A stretch of DNA of 63,654 nt, counting the filler, from Aduncisulcus paluster (Eukaryota): assembly GCA_024181965.1 (NCBI GenBank). It is 15 parts of 15 records of this genome, joined end to end, with 100 filler letters (N's around TTAATTAATTAA, not from the genome) between each part and the next. Parts side by side here need not be neighbours in the genome. Positions count along the whole stretch, not along the records: positions 28,288 to 40,904 come from BQXS01011790.1; positions 41,005 to 47,418 come from BQXS01011791.1; positions 47,519 to 59,256 come from BQXS01011792.1; 12 more parts are not named here. One strand, given 5' to 3'. The notes below the pieces were generated by a model. That model saw only the letters and a list, made by a program, of their open reading frames with translations. It was not told the DNA's origin and ran no database searches. Shown here one piece after another: positions 35,835 through 48,059 of this stretch; position 1 is the first letter of the stretch; every line of letters starts with the position of its first letter. The position numbers and the translations under genes are program-made.

Positions 35835-37628
35835 CTATTTCCAGATATTCAGAGTTCCATCTTTGTGGGAACTAACCAGCATCCCTCCAAAGCTGAAAGA
35901 AACACAATCAACACGTTCTCCACCATTCAAGCGGCTTACTAACTTCCCTGTCCGTCTTTCCCAAACCCGAACAATACCATCAGACCCACCAGCAGCAATG
36001 TAATTGCCCCCACCACTGATGCATGGTTTGGCCCACGTCGAGGAGACTGAGAATGAGGGTTCTGTCAAAGTTGCTATCAATGCGTCATGGATTATACCAC
36101 CTGGGGATTGTGGGGACGCTGGGCCTCCAAGAGATTTCAGAGAAACACTTGACCTGGGCGAAGAGGTGGCCAACGATTTCAGTGCAATGCTAGAGCGAGG
36201 AGATGACGATATTTTGGACTCGCTGACAATTGAAGAAAGCATAGAAAATGACGATACGGGTCGTCCAAGCTTATTAACATCCCACAATTTGACCTTTCCA
36301 TCGCGACCCATAGTCACCAAATGCTTCCCATTAGCTGACACACTGAGACCGGTAACAGCCTTAGAATGGACTTTCTCAACTTCGTATATCTTATTCTTAC
36401 ACCGAATATCCCACACTGAGAGTGAGTGATTTGAATGGGCTGCACAGACATAAGTACCACCATGCCATGTCACAATATCATTGATTCTACTATCAGATAA
36501 TACATATTCACTTTGATAAGCCCGATTAATCTCCCATCTGCGTATTGTATGGTCGGTACCAGCAGAAATGACATGCTGAGCATCAGAGAAGACAACAGAG
36601 TTCACAGAGTCGGCATGACCAGTGAGTTGGCACAATGTACGATGCTTTGAGAGAGAGAAAAGACGGACAGTGGCATCGGCAGACCCAGATGCAATCAGAG
36701 ATGATGATGAAGAGAAGTTGGATGTCGCCACAGCCATGATCGACCCAAGAGAACCGGCAAAAGAACCTTCTTCCTTTCCAGATCCACAGTCAATAGCTCG
36801 AACAACCTTATCCTCTCCACCACAGACGACAACATCCCGGTCAGAACCGGAGAGCATGAAGGCACAGGAAAATAACGACTGAGAACAAGGTTTGAAGGTC
36901 TTATGGAGTTTCTTAGGAGGGGTTAAAACAAATGAAGAGCCTGCGCCGAATCCAAGCAGTGATTCTTTGGCTTTAGCTTCTTCATCTGACATTTTATCTT
37001 TGTATTTTTTGATATAAGATTGTACTTTGTCAGCTCCTTTAAGTTTACGAGTTTCCTTCATAACAGATTCCATTGTTTTCGAAAGATCATCATATTGGGC
37101 TGAGAGAAGGGAGTATTTCTTATTTATATCGGCAAATTTAATCATTAATTCATTAAGTTCATCAATCGTAGATTGTCTACTCTTTTTGAGAGCCGCATTG
37201 CGCACTTGTTGTGCAACAAGCTCAGTTCGAACTTTTTCAGCAGATTCTTCTTGTTCAGAGATTTTTGAACGCATTTCTGAAATAGAGACCTCAGCCGCGG
37301 ATAATTTAGATTTTAACTCAAAATTAGATTCTTGAAGTTTCGCTACCATATTTAAAGCCGTTCCTCGAGCAGTATCGGCCTGAGAAACTTCTTTTTTCAA
37401 ATTCTCAATAATAGCCTTAGTTCGACGACTACCAACAACTTTCTCATCATCTTCGATAACTGATTCTTCAAATTTGTGAACTACCCCCTCAAGATTACGT
37501 ATTTTGGTTTTCTGCTGTTCACATCTTTGATACAGACCGCTATAAGTTTTCATAAAGGAGGAAAAGATTTTAGTATTCTCTTTAGCATCTCTTTCATCTA
37601 GTAATCGGGAAATATATTCCATCCCCAT
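35835..37628 (-). CDS. ATG16: ATG16L/TipD-like protein (N-terminal helix, coiled coil, WD40 propeller)
   Basis: ISRLLDERDAKE..FSSFMKTY resembles the ATG5-binding helix. It is followed by a coiled coil and WD40 repeats (LTGHADSV, WAKPCISGGGNYIAAGGSDG). Confidence 0.72.
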   Translation of the reverse strand: MGMEYISRLLDERDAKENTKIFSSFMKTYSGLYQRCEQQKTKIRNLEGVVHKFEESVIEDDEKVVGSRRTKAIIENLKKEVSQADTARGTALNMVAKLQESNFELKSKLSAAEVSISEMRSKISEQEESAEKVRTELVAQQVRNAALKKSRQSTIDELNELMIKFADINKKYSLLSAQYDDLSKTMESVMKETRKLKGADKVQSYIKKYKDKMSDEEAKAKESLLGFGAGSSFVLTPPKKLHKTFKPCSQSLFSCAFMLSGSDRDVVVCGGEDKVVRAIDCGSGKEEGSFAGSLGSIMAVATSNFSSSSSLIASGSADATVRLFSLSKHRTLCQLTGHADSVNSVVFSDAQHVISAGTDHTIRRWEINRAYQSEYVLSDSRINDIVTWHGGTYVCAAHSNHSLSVWDIRCKNKIYEVEKVHSKAVTGLSVSANGKHLVTMGRDGKVKLWDVNKLGRPVSSFSMLSSIVSESKISSSPRSSIALKSLATSSPRSSVSLKSLGGPASPQSPGGIIHDALIATLTEPSFSVSSTWAKPCISGGGNYIAAGGSDGIVRVWERRTGKLVSRLNGGERVDCVSFSFGGMLVSSHKDGTLNIWK

Positions 37629-37888
37629 ACTTTTTTTGCAAAGAAAAACATACTTTTATTCCACACGTTGAAGAAGAAAACTAATAGATAAAAAGGACAA
37701 TGAAAATATTTTCAAGGCTAAAATAAAAAATATTTTCAACAAATATTTTTTTTATAATGAAAACAATGACGAGAATGAGGATCTCAGTTAATAGTAGTCA
37801 AAATTAAAGTATTTACTTTATATTTGCAAATGAAAAGTCCAAAAAAATCACCAAATTTACAAGAAATTAATATTAAACGCTGTAAATG

Positions 37889-39136
37889 TTATAACAAGGG
37901 GGTATATTCGAACATATCATCCTGCGTATTTTGGAAATATGGGCCTTGAGAACCAACAGGAGGCTGGTATTGATAATTCATAACCGGAACCTCGGGAGCT
38001 TCTGGTTCATCATCAACATATATCGATTCCCCATCAGTGGGAGGAATAATTTGGGAAGGAGGCATGGAAGCCTGGACGATTGGGGGAGGAGCTGGGCCTG
38101 TTAAAGGGAGAGATGCCATTGCAACAGGTGCAGATGTTGTGTGTTGTGGCGATTCCATGGCAGAACATATACTTTCGAAACAATGGACACGCTGGGCATT
38201 GGCAATAACAGCTTCTGGCGAAACATATAGTAAAGCTTCAGCAACAGGCAAATGAATCGCAGTCAATAATTGAGCTCCCTTCTTAGCTGTCTCAACGAGT
38301 TCTTTTGGTAAATCCAATAGAGATTTCGCATTCCTTTTGAGTTTAATAGGACTGGGTTGGGGAGGAATTTTTACAAAGATGTAAAACAATTTAAAACTAT
38401 CATAATGATATAACGACTTACTCAGGTAGCAATAATGATAAACCATGACATATAATCCTCTTGGCATAAGTTGTTGATTATATTCCACGGCTTTAAGTTG
38501 TATTTGATTGCAGAAAGCGATAGGATTGTTGTACCATACATCAACACCCATAAATGTGATTCCAGTGGCAATGCCGCAAATAAGACAAAAAATACCAAAC
38601 ATAAGCATTGGAATGCCCATTGTATCACCACAACTGCACAAAGGAATCGCGATGGGAAGAAAGAACACAGCACAACAACAAAAAACAATGCATGTCACTT
38701 TTATGGATGTCCAAGAAGATTTCACTGAAGTATCAACAGCAGCATTCGTCTCTTGTGCAAGGTCTCTTTTGCCAATCTTCTCACCATTATATTCACTAAC
38801 CATGGAATCTAACCCCTTGGTAATATTTTTATACTCAGTTTTGGATATCATTGATCCAAACCACAGCGGATCATATTTAGTAGCAATTGTTTTGCGGTCA
38901 GAAGTTCTCACGGGGAATACCATTGCAGATTTGGGAGGTGGAACCACAAAAGCTCCGGAAGAAGCTAATAAATTATCTCTATCAGTTGAAGAATATTGAT
39001 TATACATGGAGACATTATTTCCTAATTCGGTAAACAGTCGAGGATGACCACAATCTGGAGGGTATTGGAGAGGATTTAATAACGGGGAAATGCGGTCAAA
39101 ATTAGAAGTAAGACTTGTTGAATAACTTGATTGCAT
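37889..39136 (-). CDS. Two-TM Cys-rich membrane protein, possibly Erf4/Golgin-A7-like, with Pro-rich tail
   Basis: MISKTEY motif, two hydrophobic segments with a CCC cluster, then YNQQLMPRGL. Confidence 0.5.
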   Translation of the reverse strand: MQSSYSTSLTSNFDRISPLLNPLQYPPDCGHPRLFTELGNNVSMYNQYSSTDRDNLLASSGAFVVPPPKSAMVFPVRTSDRKTIATKYDPLWFGSMISKTEYKNITKGLDSMVSEYNGEKIGKRDLAQETNAAVDTSVKSSWTSIKVTCIVFCCCAVFFLPIAIPLCSCGDTMGIPMLMFGIFCLICGIATGITFMGVDVWYNNPIAFCNQIQLKAVEYNQQLMPRGLYVMVYHYCYLSKSLYHYDSFKLFYIFVKIPPQPSPIKLKRNAKSLLDLPKELVETAKKGAQLLTAIHLPVAEALLYVSPEAVIANAQRVHCFESICSAMESPQHTTSAPVAMASLPLTGPAPPPIVQASMPPSQIIPPTDGESIYVDDEPEAPEVPVMNYQYQPPVGSQGPYFQNTQDDMFEYTPLL

Positions 39137-39538
39137 CCTTTTCAGTTATTTAATATATTGATCGAAAGAAAAAGAAAACATCTGTGTTTCTTCCGGTTAC
39201 CGTCTTTGACCGCCGGCGGCTTTATGAGNNNNNNNNNNNNNNNNNNNNATTATACATGGAGACATTATTTCCTAATTCGGTAAACAGTCGAGGATGACCA
39301 CAATCTGGAGGGTATTGGAGAGGATTTAATAACGGGGAAATGCGGTCAAAATTAGAAGTAAGACTTGTTGAATAACTTGATTGCATCCTTTTCAGTTATT
39401 TAATATATTGATCGAAAGAAAAAGAAAACATCTGTGTTTCTTCCGGTTACCGTCTTTGACCGCCGGCGGCTTTATGAGTTCATCTCAGATGATCATAGGC
39501 TATGAGATCATGGCGAGCTGTTTTTAGGCTAAAATGAT

Positions 39539-40037
39539 TTCACCGATGAGAATCTTTTATTGTTTGGGGGGAAACAACGGTACTATATAAATACTCTTAA
39601 CATCAACACATATCACACAATACAAATTAAAATGTTTGAAGAGGAACGACGAAAAATAAATCATTTTACACAGTAATGGCACAAAAATAGGTTCGAAGCG
39701 GAGAGTAGAAAACATGAAAATATCAAATAATATAAGATTCGTAACATTGCGCTATTCATAACACAAGTATAATCAATTTAATTCGATATTTCTCTCTATT
39801 TCCAGATATTCAGAGTTCCATCTTTGTGGGAACTAACCAGCATCCCTCCAAAGCTGAAAGAAACACAATCAACACGTTCCCCACCATTCAAGCGGCTTAC
39901 TAACTTCCCTGTCCGTCTTTCCCAAACCCGAACAATGCCATCAGACCCACCAGCAGCAATGTAATTGCCACCACCACTGATGCATGGTTTGGCCCACGTC
40001 GAGGAGACTGAGAATGAGGGTTCTGTCAAAGTTGCTA
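39539..40037 (-). pseudogene. Duplicated 3' fragment of the ATG16-like gene plus downstream DNA
   Basis: Direct repeat of 35578-36076 with a few substitutions; no start codon or 5' part. Confidence 0.85.
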
Positions 40038-40090
40038 AGGTGTGGTTTGCTCTATTGTAAAATACATTTCAGACAACCAATAAAATTCCA

Positions 40091-40904
40091 TTAAGCTTTC
40101 ATGACGCATGTTCCATCGCCAAAAAACTCCACTTTATAGCTACTTTCCTCGATTTCTACACCTCTCACCCACACAGAACCGGTGGCAACGGTTTCAAGGA
40201 CTTGTTCAGGTTCAATAGATGATGCATGTCCGAACCACGAAAGTTCTTCTCTTTCTTTCGGCAATCCAACCTGAAACAGACCAGAAACATCCTTGTCGCA
40301 ACAGAATTCAGCAAACTCAGCACAATCCTTGGCCGTCTGTCTCATAAAATCGCTTCGATTGACCTTAACATCATCAAAAAATTGTTTTTCTTCATATCCT
40401 GGCAAAACAATGGATATGGTGATGAGATCTTTCCAGATAAAGTCGATCCAGGGTAAAACGAATGCACAATACAACCAGGGGGCAACAAAACTTACATGAT
40501 GAACTTTGGGAAATGCGTACATACAGGCCTTAATGGTGTACTTGAAATCCATTTTCTTTTGAGTAAATTGATCATCAGCCCGTCTTGCATGACGCCTTGG
40601 ATTGGATAAACCCATGGGAGAAGCTGGTTTTGGGATATTTGGAAAGATAAGACATAAGTTCTTCACATTTTCACTAATTATATCCCCAATCATGGGTCGT
40701 GTAATTACCGAAACAGATACGCTTGTAATGGCCATTGAGAGACCTTCGATGAGGGACAAGGCTGTGTTCTTGAATCCAATACCAAACTCTCTCCAAGTAG
40801 CAAATAATGACTTAAGGGTTGATGGAGTGATGGTTGAGAAAAGATCAAAACATGATTGCACGGGAGATGGACTGACATGAAGGAGAGATTCAACTGCCGT
40901 CAAA
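40091..40904 (-). CDS. Hypothetical protein (5' partial)
   Basis: 270 codons open from the gap; no motif recognised. Confidence 0.6.
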
Positions 40905-41004
40905 NNNNNNNNNNNNNNNNNNNNNNNNNNNNNNNNNNNNNNNNNNNNTTAATTAATTAANNNNNNNNNNNNNNNNNNNNNNNNNNNNNNNNNNNNNNNN
41001 NNNN

Positions 41005-41238
41005 GTATATTGCACTAAGAATCATTTCTCCTTCCTTGAAACGTCAGCTCTCACTGGTTCAAATACATCCGATGCCTTCAAGACGTTGATAAAATTAATT
41101 GAGGAACGTATCGTGAAGAAATCAATGAAAGATGACGATGTTTATTTGGATTCTCCTTTTCACCAAGAAACTGTGATTTTTGAAGAAGACAGGAGGGTTA
41201 AGGTTAATCCTTCAACTAGTGGAGGATGTGGAGGTTAG
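41005..41238 (+). CDS. Rab-like small GTPase, C-terminal part (5' partial)
   Basis: Not in ORF track. Translates VYCTKNHFSFLETSALTGSNTSDAFKTLI...STSGGCGG*, containing the G5 motif ETSA. Confidence 0.82.
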   Translation, partial: VYCTKNHFSFLETSALTGSNTSDAFKTLIKLIEERIVKKSMKDDDVYLDSPFHQETVIFEEDRRVKVNPSTSGGCGG

Positions 41239-41605
41239 AATGCCGGAGTACAGTATTGATGGTGTAAAATTGGATTAATGTATATTCTCATTTTTGATCT
41301 TCAGATTTTTTTTCTGAAGAATCTCATGTTTTTGTCTTTTTTTGTTGGTTTATTTTGTTTGTTTTTCTTTGCGCAAAATTTTTATTTTTTTCTGCAGTCA
41401 TACGTTTTTTCCTGTCATTTTGGACAAAAAAAAGATTTTATTCAAAATACGTTGAATTTTCTGTGTATTTAAATTATTATTGATTCATCAGATTCATGGT
41501 CTACCTAGTTACTAACATAGTATGAGCAAAATGAAATATTATTATAGGTACAGAATCTGTACTTTGCGATTTATATACGTAAAAATGTAGTAAAATGGAT
41601 AATAT

Positions 41606-42310
41606 TTAACTAGATAGATTTTTATGAATCTGTTTTAGCATTTCATCCAACTCTGCAAGGCATTTCTCTTGGGTCATTTCACCATCCTTCAGACCCAGTT
41701 CTAGTAATAATTGTTTGTGCGTTTCTTCCAATTCGGCATCAATTTTTTCTTTATCTTCCGAAGATTCTCCTTTCTCTTTGGGAATTTTTTCTGGTTCTTC
41801 GCCAAATTCGAGTCCTTGCTTGTAAAACTCTATGATTCCTCTCGAGGCTAATACAGTTTCTTCAGATACAGACTGAAATATCTTTTTAATCGGTTCTGGG
41901 GGAGTATCATCGAGGAATGGATCAACACGGTCAATTATATCGTCTTCTTCGGCGCTTGATTCTTCATCTTTCTCACCTGACTTCTTTAGTTTTGGCGAAC
42001 ATTGTTTAATAATAAATTTGATTGCCTGTTCGGGTGTACGTTTACCTGAAGCTAGAGCTTTATAGTATAATTCGAAAAATAGTTTGTTTTGTAAGGTTGT
42101 ACGATCAAAGTCTGAAATAGCATCAATATATTGCTGTGCATCTTCTTCAAGTGAATGCTTTTGTTTAGTTTCATCGTCTTTATCTCCTTCTTTTTGAGGT
42201 TTAGAGGTTGAATCGGGGTGGGAATATGTGTATGATTGAACCTTATAACATCGCGCACCTTTTAGTTCTGTAAGGTATTTTTCCGCTTCAGTTTTAATTT
42301 TATCGGACAT
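41606..42310 (-). CDS. Hypothetical charged protein
   Basis: 234-aa ORF with ATG start. Confidence 0.65.
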   Translation of the reverse strand: MSDKIKTEAEKYLTELKGARCYKVQSYTYSHPDSTSKPQKEGDKDDETKQKHSLEEDAQQYIDAISDFDRTTLQNKLFFELYYKALASGKRTPEQAIKFIIKQCSPKLKKSGEKDEESSAEEDDIIDRVDPFLDDTPPEPIKKIFQSVSEETVLASRGIIEFYKQGLEFGEEPEKIPKEKGESSEDKEKIDAELEETHKQLLLELGLKDGEMTQEKCLAELDEMLKQIHKNLSS

Positions 42311-42415
42311 TTTTTAATCAAGATATATGAACCACAAAATTTAATGCAAAAAATCTAAATAAATGCGTCCAAAACAGTACTTAACATCCATTTTCCATTT
42401 TCCTGCAATTCTATA

Positions 42416-45400
42416 ATGGATCATCAAGATCATGTTGATATTGACATTGTATGTTATTTTTTTAGTTTGATTTATATCTAATATTTATGTTTTTTTAACT
42501 CCATTTACATTTTTTGTTTTGTTCCTGTGTATATCTTTATGTGGTGTTTTATTTTCATTATTAATACCAAATATTATCATTTATTATTCATTTAATTCTT
42601 ATTATTCCAATGTATTTCATTTGAAGGATCCAGAAACACTTTTTTTGGAAACACATGCTGTTTCCTCTCTAACACACCAGGTAGCCATGGCTCCTCCATC
42701 CAAAGAACGTACAAATAGATTACAGGCTCTTCGTGCACGACAAATAGCAAGAGCTACAAGTGCTGTGGAAGATTTATCGAAAGAATGTCGAGCCATAATT
42801 CAAAGTATTAAGCGAAAAGCAACAGTTGAATGTGACAAAATGAAAGCTGAAATTCAGGATATCCGATATAAAGTTGTGTATACTCTGCAACCTTTTCAAG
42901 TAGCGGATTCTTTCCAATCTCGTTCTACATCCGCTGAAAGTCCCAAAGAAGGGGAAACTGACGTGAAAGAGGAGAAAAAGGATAAAACCCCGGATAAAAA
43001 GAAGAAGGAAAGCAAAGATTCTAAGAAGTCAAAGCCAGCCAAGGGTTCGAAAGGAAAGAAAGGTGCTAAAGAGGACAAAATAGAGGAACCTGAGGTTAAA
43101 AAAGAGGAGCCTGTTAAGAAAACTGGCCATAGAATGTCTGAATTTGCTCTTAAGTTCCCTGATATCTCCTCCGATATCAAACATGCCCCTCCTCTTCCTT
43201 CAATATCCTATATCCACCCTAAGAAGGCCTACAATTATCTCTCTGAGGCCCAAAAATCGTTTTATTATATAAAAGATTACCTTGCAGGCTTCTTTTCTAT
43301 GCTTGATGAGACATTTCGGGCCAGTGAAGATGGAATTAGGTCTAATTTGTTGGTAGCTTTTGACAGGGCAGAAAAAGCAAATGCATACGTTGGTGAAGCT
43401 CTCGAACAATTTAAAGAAAAACTACAGAATATTGCTGAAGAGACAAAAGTCACACTGTTGAATATGGAAGAAGATCTAAAAATAGAATATTCGAAGAAAT
43501 GTCAGGATCTTCAACAGTTTATTTTATTTAAAGTATCCGATTGTAAAGTTAACTGGCAAAAAGCTCGTTTGTTTCATCTTTTTGTTGAATCTTTGTGTCT
43601 TTTCAATACAGTAATCGATTATCCAAATCTCACCACATCTGCACTGATGACCATGCGTACAAGGCTCGAATCCCTTGTCAAGAGAAGAGAAAATGTTATC
43701 ATGAAGATTTGTGTATCCTTTGGAGATAAAGGATGGAAACAAGCGGCATCGGCAACCGTTGGAGAAGAACAAGGGAAAGAAGAACAAGAGAAAGAAGAAC
43801 AAGAGAAAGGTGCTGAGAAGAATGGAGGAGCAACTACTAAACTTCCTATTCCAAAGAAACTTATCACATCCCTTGATGCCTCTCCCCTCGTTGGTTCTCT
43901 CTTAGACCTGCAACAGGCTCTGACAAGGACTCAAAGAGCTGGGTGGGAGAGTATTCGGGCAGGTTGGATAGAGGATATTGATTCGATCCTCAAGAAATTA
44001 TCTCGTTATTCCACAGAAATGAGATGGGTTGTTGGAGAAACTGATGATATTGATATTCCTAATAAGAAATCTCACACCGATCCTGTCCATACCGATCCTG
44101 TCCATCATGGCACCGATGATGCAGGTGCTGGAACAACGAAGGGCGAGGAAAGAGAACAAGATATGAATGGTGACATTGATCATACTAAAAACACTGAAGA
44201 CCTTGAGCCTGCTCTTCTTTCTCCTGTCATCGTCGATGTTGCTGAGCCTCTTGGTTCCCTCTGGGAGTCTATCTGTCTTGATGTTCTTGATGCAGAGGAT
44301 ATGAAGCGAGATGAAGAGAGGAGAAGGATAAAAGAAGCGAAAAGAAGAAAGGAAGAAGAAGAAAGAGCAAAAGCTGAGAAAGGAAAGGGGAAAAAAGGGA
44401 AGGATTCTAAAAAGAAAGATGATGTTAAGGGTAAAAATGCTAACAAGAAGAAAGGGAAAGGAATCGATGTAACACCTGATGAAGAAGAAGAAAGGAAGAA
44501 GAAGAAAGAGCAAAAGCTGAGAAAGGAAAGGGGAAAAAAGGGAAGGATTCTAAAAAGAAAGATGATGTTAAGGGTAAAAATGCTAACAAGAAGAAAGGGA
44601 AAGGAATCGATGTAACACCTGATGAAGAAGAAGAAGAGGAAGAGGAAGAAAACGAAGAAGAGGATCATTTATTTGGTCAAATTGATAACGAAATGTTTGA
44701 TCAAATTAAAAACAAACCTTTGTTCTTATTCTCTTCACAAACTCCTGTTCCATCGACCATTCCAGCTCACTCTGTCACTTCTGATCTTATTCCTGCCGAG
44801 TTATCCAACATTGAGTCCTTTTTCCTCCATTTCCTCGTTTCTAAATTCTTTGTTGATTCGACTGCTTGGCAACACCGTTTGAGGAATATCTATGAGTATT
44901 CACATCTTCATACACAGAGCAGCGATGCTCTTGTCACTGACCTGTGTGGTCTCCTTGAGAAAGTCAGTTCAATTGGGGACTTTGTTGAGGATCATTTCTA
45001 TAAATCTACGATATTATTCAAACAGAACATTACCTCAACGGAAGAATCATTCATGCGAGTGTTCGCAGAGGTTGGAGCAAAGAACCTGGGATCGTTGGAT
45101 CGTCTGTGCCATCTATACGATGCATCTACACACGAAGGACTTGATATCATGCTTAATCAAGCTAGAAAGGGAGTTGAGATTGTTAAGAAAGAAGGAGAGA
45201 AGATGGTGAAGGATGTCATGAATCATGGGACAAGTGAAATCACTGATGTTCAAGGATTTGTTGCCTCAAAGATTCAATCTGTGGCTTCAGAGTTCTTATT
45301 CGAACTCACTGTTAAGGAAGGAAATGCTGATTCTACTGATGATACTGTAACCAAAGAAGGGAAAGGGAAGAAAGATAAAAGTTCAGAAAAAGACAAAGGG

Positions 45401-47418
45401 AAAGGGAAAGGGAAAGGGAAAGACAAGGATGTTCTCACGAGTGGTGATGAAGATTCTTTGATCCTTCCAGCAGCCTTGATTAAATCTTTCTCTGGATGTC
45501 TACACGACGATATGAACTCCCTATGTAAATGTTCAGCATTGGAGGTTTCTATCGGAGATGTGAAACAATCCCTCTTACTGATGCTTCCGGCATTCTCTTC
45601 TTCTTTCTCGGCCGAACACCGAAAGGAACTCGCCATGAATGGTGCTGATGGTCAATCTGATTCTGATTCTAAAAATAGTTCATCTAAAGATAAATCTGGT
45701 GGGAAGAAGAAAGCCGGAAAAGGTGACAAATCCTCCAAGAAAGGTGATGATTCCAAAGACGTCACAGAACTCGATGGTTCTTCCTCTTCTTCCACCAATG
45801 TTTTCTATTATCTCTCGTCCAAGGATGGTACATCGTTTATTCCTATTCTTTCTCTTTCAAACTCCTCTTGCTCTCTCCTTCTTTTCTCTCTCTTTTCACA
45901 CTTCTTCCTCTCTCTCTCATTACAGATAAAGAACCACACTTTATCAAGGGAACAAGTGCATAAAAAGGTTCTTACATCCGCCTCTGCATTGTATTCATCA
46001 TCCTTGAACTCCTCTTCCTCCCGTTTTGCTATCCTCAGCAAGCGGGATATCGCTTCTCTCTCACACAACCTGAATCGATTCATTCAATTTTCTCAGAGAC
46101 ATATTGAACGTTTGTTGCGTAAATTGGTGCACTTGCAAGCAGAATTCGGGATTGAGCAGTCACTTCTAGATGAGAATGAGAGTGGAGTTCAATTTGAATC
46201 ATCTGAAGGGGCTGGTGGTAAAGGAAGACCTGGAACTGCAAAGGATAAGAAGAAGAAGGGAGGGAAAGAGAAGAATGTTACAGAGGAGCAAGAAGAAGAA
46301 GAGTTCTTATTCTTTCCTTCGCCACTTGCGTGTTTACTAAATCTTGACGAGTCTGATATTAGCAGTAGTGCTTCTACTGGCGGAACTGGGAAGAAAGCAG
46401 ACGATAAAAAGAAGAAAGATAGTGCTGGGAAAAAGAAACAGTCGGCCAAAACCGATAGTTCTACCGGTAGTGAACAGTTAACACCGGCGCAATCCGTCTC
46501 TTCTCTAGTAGCTCTTCCATTTGTTCCTAACCTTGTCCATGAATCAGAATGTAAGAAATATGCTAATTTATTATCCTTTTTGTTTGATTCCTCTGATGAT
46601 ACTTCTTCATCTCCTTCTCCGTCTCTTCTTGTCAGGCAATTGGCCCGTTTCTCTGCCCAATTCTTGACTCAGCTTCAAAAGGAACTTCTCAAAAGATATA
46701 AATATGCCTCTCAACTAACAAGAGAAGTTCACCGAGATCACGCTTCATTCGTCCAAGATTTGGCCCTTTCTGGTGCTTCTGGAGCTAATCCTACAAGCAG
46801 GAGGACTGGAAGGGCTGGAAATGGTGTGAAAGGTGGCAGAAACTTTAATTTCAAGAAGATCAAGACTATTGTTGAGAAGAGAATTGTAAGAAGGACATTT
46901 AAACAGCGTGTGAAATTGACTGATGACGAGAAAAGAATGATTGAAGAAAGAGCTGCTGAAGAGGCAAGAAGAGCTAGAATTCAAGAAAGAATGGAGAGAA
47001 AAGCAGAGGAACGGTCTCAGGCTCTCTCTGAAGGTGTTGAGTCTCTCTCTCTCTCGGGATCTCCCAATGTTAACAGCCCTAAGGGAACATCTGCAGGAGG
47101 AAAAGGGGGGAAATCTCCTTCCAAGGCTTCAAAAGACAAGAAAGACAAGAAGGGTGAAATGAAGAAAGAAGAAGAAATGGAATGGGAGATGGAAGAAAAG
47201 AAAGAGTTTGGTGAGGATACGGAGTGGAAATGGGTACAATGGGTGTCTGAGATGGAAGTTACGAAGGAAGAGGATGAGAGAATACTCGAATTGATTGCCA
47301 AACGTGATGGATTGGGTCAGCCGGATGAAGATGAAGAGAAAGATGAGGATGTGAAAGCATCAAAAGGGGCGAAAGGAAAAGGAGCGAAAGGAAAAGGAAA
47401 AGATTCTTCAAAGAAAAC
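42416..47418 (+). CDS. Large helical/coiled-coil Lys-rich protein; one intron; frame broken by a 143-bp duplication (3' partial)
   Basis: Exon 1 (42416-42448) splices in frame to 42627. ORFs 42519 and 44693 join if one copy of the repeat at ~44350-44635 is removed. Confidence 0.65.
42449..42626 (+). other. Spliceosomal intron (178 nt, phase 0)
   Basis: GTATGT...TTTGAAG, T-rich; splicing links an upstream ATG in frame. Confidence 0.7.
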
Positions 47419-47518
47419 NNNNNNNNNNNNNNNNNNNNNNNNNNNNNNNNNNNNNNNNNNNNTTAATTAATTAANNNNNNNNNNNNNNNNNNNNNNNNNN
47501 NNNNNNNNNNNNNNNNNN

Positions 47519-47765
47519 ATTTCCTTAATTGTTCCAACTGAAGATACACGCGTCTATATTTAGCTTCCTCGGTGGCCAATCTATTTTTAATCTCTCGATT
47601 CTGTTTTTCTGTCAATAATAAACGACCTTTCAATGCAACTTCTGAACTCTGAAGCGCACTAATAGTTGTTTGAGCTTTCTTCTCACGCGTTTTTACAAGC
47701 TGTAGTTCCTTCACAACAGCATTGACTTTCCTATTCCACTCAGCTTCAGCTCTAACTCTTCTCAT
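47519..47765 (-). CDS. Coiled-coil protein fragment (3' partial; start uncertain)
   Basis: Heptad-like ORF running into the gap. Confidence 0.5.
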
Positions 47766-48059
47766 GGATTCTGATTCTTCTCCTTTCAGACCAGAAGTAA
47801 CACTTAATGAAGACCTACGACCTCCACTTGGTCCAATAACAAGGTTTCCATCTCATTAAATTATATTTCTGGAATGAAACCTTTTTGGATGATTGAAGTC
47901 AAGGTTACACGATTTTTGACCCCCATCAAAAATTTTGCTAGCATTTGTCAGGAAGATTTATATGCATGGAGCAGCAACATTGTTAGGCCTTACCACACAT
48001 TAAAAATTGGCTAGCATTAAAAAGAAGACCAATGGTAATCTTGCTGAATCGAGACAATC

